Assembly (NCBI RefSeq): GCF_006345805.1 | Contig: NC_043003.1 | Span: forward strand, 66,464,001-66,528,000 | From: Octopus sinensis | Lineage: Eukaryota | Reading direction: 5' to 3' | Length of the DNA: 64,000 bases | Part shown: piece by piece, positions 55,757 to 64,000 of the stretch | Numbering within the stretch: the first letter of the stretch is position 1 | Layout: the number at the start of each line of letters is the position of its first letter | Notes under the pieces: model-generated | Databases searched by the model: none | The model's input: the letters and a program-made list of their open reading frames with translations, nothing else | What the model was told of the DNA's origin: nothing | Program-made: the position numbers and the translations under genes

Positions 55757-56798
55757 TTTCCATATTGTCTTTTGTTTCCTCAATGCAAATTATATTTCTA
55801 TAAAATAAACCATAGATACACCGGATGTTTGAATCATTTGCAACGCTTTATTCAAGTTCAATAAGGTGATCTTTTAGTTTCAGCCTTTCCCGCCTTGTTT
55901 TAAATTGAACGAATATTCAGGCTTTCATAAAACAGGAAAGTCAGCGTTGGTATTACTATTTCAATTTTTCATTTTTACATTTATTTAATATGGTCTCCTA
56001 ATATATGCACTTGCATATATATTTATGGATATGCATGCACACATGTGCACGCACACACACACACTCACTCAACCACATAAAGGAGTGGCTGTGTGGTAAA
56101 TAGCTTGCTTACCAACCACATGGTTCCGGGTTCATTCCCACTGCGTGGCACCTTGGGCAAGTGTCTTCTACTATAGCCTCGGGCCGAGCAAAGCAATGTG
56201 AGTTGATTTGGTAGACGGAAACTGAAAGAAGCTCGTCGTATATATGTATATAGGTATGTGTGCGTATATGTTTGTTATTTATTTATTGCCCAGAAGGGGC
56301 TAAACATAGAGGGGACAAACAAGGACAGACAAAGGGATTAAGTCGATTACATCGACCCAAGTGCGTAGCTGATACTTAATTTGTCGACCCCGAAAGGATG
56401 AAAGGCAAAGTCGACCTTGGCGGAATTTGAACTCGGTACATAACGGCAGACGAAATACGGCTAGGCATTTCACCCGGCGAGCTAACGTTTCTGTCAACTC
56501 GCCGCCTGTGTGTATACGTTTGTGCGTCTGTGTTTCTCCCCCCACTCCACCCCAACATCGCTTGACATCGATGCTGGTGTGTTTACGTCCCCGTAACTTA
56601 TCGGTTCGGCAAAAGAGACCGATAGAATAAGTACTAGGCTTACAAAAAGAATAAGTGCTGTGGGCGATTTGCTCCACTAAATGCAGTGCTCTAGCATGGC
56701 CACAGTCAAATGACTGAAACAAGTAAAAGAGTAAAAGAGGCATATGTCCATACACACGCACACAAACACACATTCATAAGTACATATGAATGTATATA

Positions 56799-57330
56799 CT
56801 GGGTGATTGGAAAGTAACTCCCTATTTTAAAATACTTATAAACAATAAATTAATTTAATTTTTTTTCTTAAATTTTTTGTGTTTGCTTTTTGATGTATGA
56901 GAATTTAAATTGAAATCAAGTTGTTCTTGTCGTTGGTGAGTGTCTGAATACCCACGTTCCCGGGAGATGGATGCGTTGTTGTGGTCTGCATTAATGGCCC
57001 GCCAGGAGCCCCGACTTTACACTCTATGACGTCTTTGGGATCGGTTAAAGGAACACGTCTACTGTATCAAGTCAAACACTTTGGAAGAACTTGAAGGGCA
57101 AATACAAGAAGTTATGTCTTCTTCCATCCCACAAATCTTTCTGGTGAAATCACATGACACAATTTCTGGGTGACTCAAGTGGCTGGTGGCGACATCTGCA
57201 AGCTCGTATCAAATTTTAAATAAAACCTCGTGCTAAAAGCTTTCCTCTCGTATCCCTTTTTTTGTAAAAATTACAATTAATAAATAATTTATAAGTATTT
57301 TAAAATAGCGAGTTATTTTTCAGTCACCCT
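56799..57330 (+). mobile_element. Tc1/mariner internal-deletion derivative with both TIRs
   Basis: TA-ctgggtgattggaaagtaactccctattttaaaatacttata / tataagtattttaaaatagcgagttatttttcagtcaccct-TA, with a WPARSPDF remnant inside. Confidence 0.8.
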
Positions 57331-57437
57331 TATTAGATATATATATTGACGCATGTTTCTATTAATCTATCTATATATCTATCTATCTATCTATCTATCT
57401 ATATATATATATATATATATATCTATCTGTCTGTCTA

Positions 57438-57478
<41 letters not shown>

Positions 57479-58147
57479 ATATCTATCTAGCTAGCTATCT
57501 AAATATCTATCTGTATGTCTGTGCGTGTGTGTGCGTGTGTGTGTGTGTGTGTGTGAGTATCTCTATCCATATATGTATGTATATAGCTATCAGCTACGGA
57601 AGGATTAACAGCAGAGCTGGCCCATGATGGACTTTAACTTATATCTCAAAGCTGCTGAACGCGTATAACACAAGACCTTCCATCGAGCCAATCATTAATT
57701 GTTCTGATGATTCGGCCCCTTTCCTATTTCACGGATCGAGAAGGTTTTTATCAAATTTTTCTGGGACTTATAAGACCAGTTACTTGGTCTCCATGGCGTA
57801 TACATGATTCAGATAAGAACATTCTACTTGAACGGACACCTATCGGCTGCAAGGTTTAATGTCAACAATTTTGATTTGAGGGGTCAAGCCGATTACATCG
57901 ACCATTTCGTTGTCTTCAGAACAGCAACAACAATTCATTCTAGTATAAACACATGACGAGAATTTTAGTTTCATATCTTATTCCGACGCACACCTGATAC
58001 CTCAGTAGTTGATTTATCTCGCTGCGAGCTCTGTGTTATTGTAGCTAACCATTTAAGGCGCCCTGCATATTGATGTGCCTAGATTCTATTGAACCCTATA
58101 ACCAATCTCTCTCTCTCTCACTCTCTTTTCTCTCTCTCTCTCTCTTT

Positions 58148-58182
<35 letters not shown>

Positions 58183-59344
58183 GTCTGTCTGTCTGTCTGT
58201 CTGTCTATCAATCTATTTATTTATTTATCTATCTATCTGCTTTTTCTATATGTCTATATGTCTGTATGTCTACACACACGCACACACACACTCACACACA
58301 CACACACACACACTGGTAGGCAGACTGTGTTTATGGGAGCAGGGTTGTACTTGAGACCTCTATAACTAAATAATTGATAAAAAGGTATGATCCCGTTAGA
58401 TGCTTGGTTGTTTTCCTGTGAATACTCATGAACACCATATTCGCGTTGGAGATGAACACTAAGCGTTCGTATTACTTATACATACATGCATATATATTAT
58501 AGTAAACGCACATATGTTTGTATGTGAGTGAACATGTTTGCTATATGCATATGTGATATATATATGTGACACATATATATATATATACAAGCACACATGC
58601 ATGGATATATTTATAGACAATATCGCTAAAAGCAATGACACCCAGATGGACTAGGGAGCCTCAACCATGATGTGATCAGTAAATAAATGAATAAAAATGC
58701 GTTCGTAAACCGTCGAGTGCGAGTTGGCTCCTCTTTTCTCCCGTATATAGCCTTTCTATGAGAAGTTTATCTGATGATCTTTACCGAATCACAGAGATAG
58801 ATGGATAAATAGAGAGATAGAGAGATAGACAGATAGATAGATAACTTTCTTTATTGGCCACACAGGGCTGAATTAAGAGGGGACAAATACAAATGTAGAA
58901 CTTTTCTTTTCGAAGATGGAAAAAAAAAGAACAAAAAAGGAAACAAATGTAAAATTTCACTCAAAAGGGATCGGGAAAAAAATGGGATCAAAAGGGATCG
59001 TGTATCACAGAAACAAATATTTTTAACAGTAAGAAACAAAATTAGGTTCGTCCGTGGGAAGAAAAGCTTACAGAAAAGTCCACGGTAACCTCAGTCAGGG
59101 AGGGAATAAACACATGAGAGCAAAGTGCTCTCTCTCTCTCTCTTTTACGATTTACAGGATGTGTGTGTGTATTTTCTCGCCCGACATCACAAAATGCGTC
59201 TGAATAAACATTGCCGGACAGCAAATAGAGACTCGGACATTGCTTAGAAAATAATTTTCATTTTTAACGTAGTATATAGTACGCATTAAGGATTTTGACC
59301 TTTAACTTTTGGGAAAAATGCGGATTATACTCGAGGATTTACAG

Positions 59345-59393
<49 letters not shown>

Positions 59394-60182
59394 CATACAT
59401 ATACACATACAATACACGCATACAGATATAAATGTATAACATGGAAAAATGCGAGCTACACAAATAATAATATTCTTAAGATTATAAAAGCTAGGAAAAT
59501 AGCAGGACAAGTTATTACATCTGGTAAAAGTACAAAACAAGAAAATTTTTACTTAAAATTTTGCAGCTAATGATAAAATTTCAAATAAAATATTTAGATT
59601 TAGAAAATATTAGCTTTAATTAAAACTAAAAATTTTGTTATAAGTTATTACTTCTATTTGCAATTACTTGCAATGTCTATTAAAAATTGAAAATAACACA
59701 AAATATTTTCTGCATTTAATAAATTTCATTTTCTTGTTATTATTAATTGATAATTTGAAATTTGAAAATCAATTATAAAAAATTTTAATAGTACATAATT
59801 AGTTAGTAAAATAAATAAAATAATATAAAAAATAGTTATACTTTACAGTAAAATCTACCTATAACAACAAATTCACAGTAAAATTTGATTGAGTTATTGC
59901 CTAAGTTATTACCAAGTCTTGACATTTTTAGTCTTGTCCGAATGCCTATTTGTACATTGTGAATTTGCCAACTATAGATACTATTCAACTTTGCATATTG
60001 GTACTTCTGGCTATCATTTTAAAGTTTCCTGGTGTGTCAATATTTTACCAAAATGATGGTACCTTTTTTAATTATAATGTTACTTTGTAAATTAAAGTCA
60101 AATAATTTTTAATATTCAAATTTTATCGTTAGCTACAATATTTTAAGTAAAAAAATTTCTTGTTCTGTACCAGATGTAATAA

Positions 60183-60663
60183 TTTGTAGTAGAGATTGTT
60201 TGCCAACATAACATGGCAGTCTTGGTTTAGGACGAATGTTGCTGTAATTTAACCCCAGGAGACCTCGGCTCCAGCTGGCTGTACGACACGATCTGTGTCC
60301 TTATATTTTTGAACAAGGGAATCTAGCACCACACCACTCGGCTCAAAACAATATCTGTGTATCGCGATTTCCGGGTTATTTCCCTTCATCAGCACAGAAT
60401 AATTGTTTGGCTAGTGGTGGCGCTGCAAAATTCCCGTTCGAAATATGTAGTTTTCAAAGTGACTACTATTCACTGATCTATAAATTAGAAAATTACTATT
60501 GAGTTGAATGGTGGAGTGCTAGATTCCGTTGTTTAAAAATATAAGGACACAGATTATGTCGTATAGTCAGCTGGAGACGATGTCTCCTGGGGCTAAATTA
60601 CAGCAACATTCGTCCTAAACTAGGACTGCCAAGTTATGTTGGCAAACAATCTTTACTACAAAG
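60183..60663. mobile_element. Fold-back hammerhead element (arms 60183-60343 and 60501-60663)
   Basis: ggacgaatgttgctgtaattt / aaattacagcaacattcgtcc and related arm pairings. The hammerhead lies in the spacer. Confidence 0.85.
60354..60398 (-). ncRNA. Minimal type I hammerhead motif with AUA site
   Basis: UCUGUG-CUGAUGA-A-GGG-AAAUAA-CCC-G-GAAAU-CGCG-AUA-CACAGA. Stem I is 6 bp and stem III is the palindrome AUCGCGAU. Confidence 0.8.
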
Positions 60664-60881
60664 TTCTGTTGCTGAATATATCTCGATGTGAGATTGAAAA
60701 ATAGTAATTGTCTAATGCAATAATTTGTCCTGAACTTTTCCAAATGTAATAACTTCTCCTATACTTTTCCAGGTTTATAATCTTAAGAATTTTATTTCTT
60801 TTGCTCGCATTTTCCCGTGTAATGCATGTTTGTTTTTTTCCAGGCTATTCTCTTATGCCAATAAATAATTTAAGATTTTAC

Positions 60882-61364
60882 CTTATTGAGAATTGACTTT
60901 GATAAACTTTCAAAGAGCAACAGCTGCTGATTTTACCCATCCACGCCAAATTACTGGTAGAAAATTTTACCATCGTAAAGTTTCCACCATGACTCACTAA
61001 TCGGTTACAAATAACAAGACCCCAAAACGATCAGTTGCTAGGCTCACCTTGCGTAACCTAGATTTTCAGTTGGTGATAATAGCAATGCTTGCTGCTGATC
61101 TAGATCTATCAATAATGATTCAATACAGCACTAATTATGAAAGTACATCAGATATACACAAGTGAATATTACATACATTCCATAATACAAAAACTGATTT
61201 ATGAAAATCCCATTAAATTTATTTCGATATTAAATAACAAGTTTAGAATAATAACTTTATAACAATGCCTCTTCTGGACAGACTTACAACATGCCTTCAG
61301 GTTTGCCCATAGAAACAGCCAAAAATGACTAAATTCTTTCCCCAATGAAATTAGATATGTATAT
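60882..61364 (-). other. Cluster of candidate short exons (61288-61364, 61048-61130, 60882-60953), coding status unknown
   Basis: Each has an ag acceptor and a gtaagt, gtgagc or gtaaaa donor. The lower two join in frame (CCIESLLIDLDQQQALLLSPTENLGYASNLAWMGK...), but no homology was recognised. Confidence 0.25.
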
Positions 61365-63127
61365 CTGAAGCATATGACACATTAATGAACTAGCCCGATT
61401 AAATAATTAGCTAAAAAGAAAAAGGAAAGTAAATAAAAAGAAATTAGCAAAAAACGCAGAAGGTAAGTTAGGCTGAAAGAGAAGATGAATAATAAAAGTT
61501 AAACTTACTTAAGTGCAGCAGCATATTAAAAATATCTTTATTAATTAAATATTAAATTTTAAGAATAAGTTGTGGTATATAAGCACTTTTCTGAACATGA
61601 CTTACTACATGACTTCAGTACTGCCCCTAAAGACACTGCCAGAAATGTCTATATTCTATCAAGTGAATTTGGAATTTCAAAGAAGATAAAGATAAAATAA
61701 AGTTATTGTCTTATGCAAATATATTTTCCTGCAATAATTAATAAATTATATGCATTTTTATAAGGAAAAAATTACTGATTTCATTACAAGGAACAACAAC
61801 TACAACATTTTCATCATCTTGAATTTGCAACATAGCTCACCAAACGATAGCAAATTGCAAGGCCACCAAAATTTTCAGTGACCAGGCTCACCATAAGTCA
61901 CGTAGATCTTGAGATGATGAAACTAATATTAATTATTTCTAATTGAAATGAAAAATAAACACTTGTATTATGTAAAAAACTAAATTTAATTAACAATGGT
62001 CAATGACGTATAATTTATTAAAGTATATAAAATCATTGCTAATAAATTAAAAATTAAAAGTGATTTAAAATGTAATCACTTAAAATTGTGCCTTTTCTGA
62101 ACAGCCCTACTATATTATTCAGTACTGCTCTTAGACATAGTCACAAGTGGTTATATTTTGTTGAATAATTTAGGTTGTTTAAAACAAAAATTAATATAAA
62201 GTTATTTATAAAAACAAGTAATCCCCCCCAACCCACATCCCCCAAACCCTTCATTGGAAAACTGAAAAATTGGATTATTAAACAAACTTGTTTACTTTAT
62301 TTTAAAATTGTAATATTAAGAATCCCAATACGAAAGTAGATTAATTGTTAATGAAATTATGAATGTGAAAGATTTACGAGTGTGTGTATTTTATTATTTA
62401 ATTTAATGGGACTAAAACTATGGAATTCCTTGCGGTGTTGTTGATAATTTTTTCCTTGCTTCAATGATGCCGGTGACATATATTAAAAGTCCCCTTATAG
62501 AACTATATTCATTAAAAAGTATAGAATTATATTATCACCCTGAAATTTGAGAAACAAACAATCATAACTTTTTTTCTTTTAGAACATCATTGCATGAGAT
62601 CGATACCATGAAATTCCCCGAATTAAGTTTTATCAGTTAAGCTTAATTGAAATATAGTTTGTTTTTAAAATAAAAATAGTTAATTACACTTAAATCCAAT
62701 TTTATGCCTTATAATTATTTTCATGATATTTTACCTCACAACTTTTTATACAAATTTTTATTGCATGGGACCAAAACTATGAAATTCCTCCTGCTTTCTT
62801 CTGTCATTTAAGCTAAGATAAATATAGTTTGCTTTCAAAATATAAAAAATATTATTTAAATCTAAGCTTGATTGGAGGCGTTACTTACTCTCCTGTAACG
62901 TTCCAAAAAATGTTTATGTAAACTTTTTTCTACTGGACTAAATCTCTATCTTTTTATGTCAAAATGTAACTAGGGACCAGTCCTCTTCAAAAATGCATGT
63001 TTTCAAATCGGTTAAGAACTGAATTGTCGACGAAGTCTGAAAAATTTTGCGTGTGAGTAAATTGCAACCTTAAGAATATTATTCAACTATTACCATGGTT
63101 GAATGATAGATATAAATATACATATGA

Positions 63128-63231
<104 letters not shown>

Positions 63232-63659
63232 AAACATAAATATATGCATTCTTTTACTTGTTTCAGTCACTTGACTGCGGTCATGCTGGAGCACCGACTC
63301 TAGTCGAACAAATCGACCTCAGGACTTATTCTTTGTAAGCCTAGTACTTATTCTATCGGTTTCCTTGCCGAACCACTAGGTTACGGGGATGTAAACACTC
63401 CAGCATCAGTTGTCATGTGATGTTGGAGGATAAACACAGACATACAAACATACACACAAATATGTATATATTCGATGAGCTTCTTTCAGTTTCCGTCTAC
63501 CAAATCCACTCACAAACCTGTGGTTTGTCTGAGGTTATAGTAGAAGACACTTGCCCAAAATGCCATCCAATAGGACTGAACCAGGAACCATGTTGTTGGT
63601 AAACAAGCTACTTACCACACAGCCATTCCTGCGTCTATAGCCACTGTGCGTGCGTGTGT

Positions 63660-63734
<75 letters not shown>

Positions 63735-64000
63735 CGTGTGTGTTTGAAATGTGAGCTTATAGCCGTCAAGAACAGGATGATAAAAAGCAAATAGCGCGAA
63801 CTTATCTCTAAAAACACTTGCCACTAGTAAAGTCTTCGGCATTGAAGAATAATCAACAAAATCTGTCATGTGTTTTATTAAGTCGTTGATAGCTGTATGT
63901 TTTAACTTGTTGACAATAATTTCCCTCGTAACAGTTCTTCTAAGCGTGAAACGATTACAGAAATTTATGATTTTCTTCTTTGTATTGCAGAATTGTATTT

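Noticed and set aside
57697-57740. CTGATGA motif
   Set aside because: No GAAA and no stem I complement.
58770-58795. CTGATGATC...CCGAATC
   Set aside because: GAAA is broken and stems I and II do not pair; at best a heavily decayed motif.
61330-61370. ttctttcccca-atga...ctga resembling a SNORD12-like C/D guide antisense to 28S GGGGAAAGAA
   Set aside because: There is no proper RUGAUGA box C, the span is only ~45 nt, and the homologous duplicate at ~61640 lacks the guide.

Overview
Eukaryotic, very AT-rich, microsatellite-saturated genomic DNA. The tRNA-derived SINE families and repeat landscape look like an octopus/cephalopod genome (inference from recognition, not verified). No intact protein-coding gene can be identified. 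Nearly all ORF-track entries are translations of (TA)n, (CA)n, (TATC)n, (GAA)n or (TAA)n repeats. Real coding remnants come from mobile elements: a ~2.8-kb Tx1/L1-clade LINE (23.5-26.3 kb), a CR1/L2-like LINE (53.7-55.0 kb, minus), an internally inverted RTE LINE (33.9-35.1 kb), a Penelope-like (PLE) RT fragment (35.5-36.1 kb), four 3' ends of restriction-like-endonuclease (R4/Dong-type) retroelements sitting in microsatellites, Tc1/mariner and pogo pieces, and DINE/HINE-like elements. A few isolated splice-site-bounded exon candidates hint at host transcripts. The main hidden signal is non-coding: 13 type-I hammerhead ribozyme motifs, found by hand-folding, from roughly ten unrelated sequence families. 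Most lie in fold-back (inverted-repeat) elements or just upstream of a (TA)n junction. They include long-stem-II forms, a U3-A8 core covariant, a recurring CUGUGGA core variant, and a head-to-head pair of hammerhead elements sharing one tRNA-like Pol III head (42957-43617). No activity or database match has been tested.
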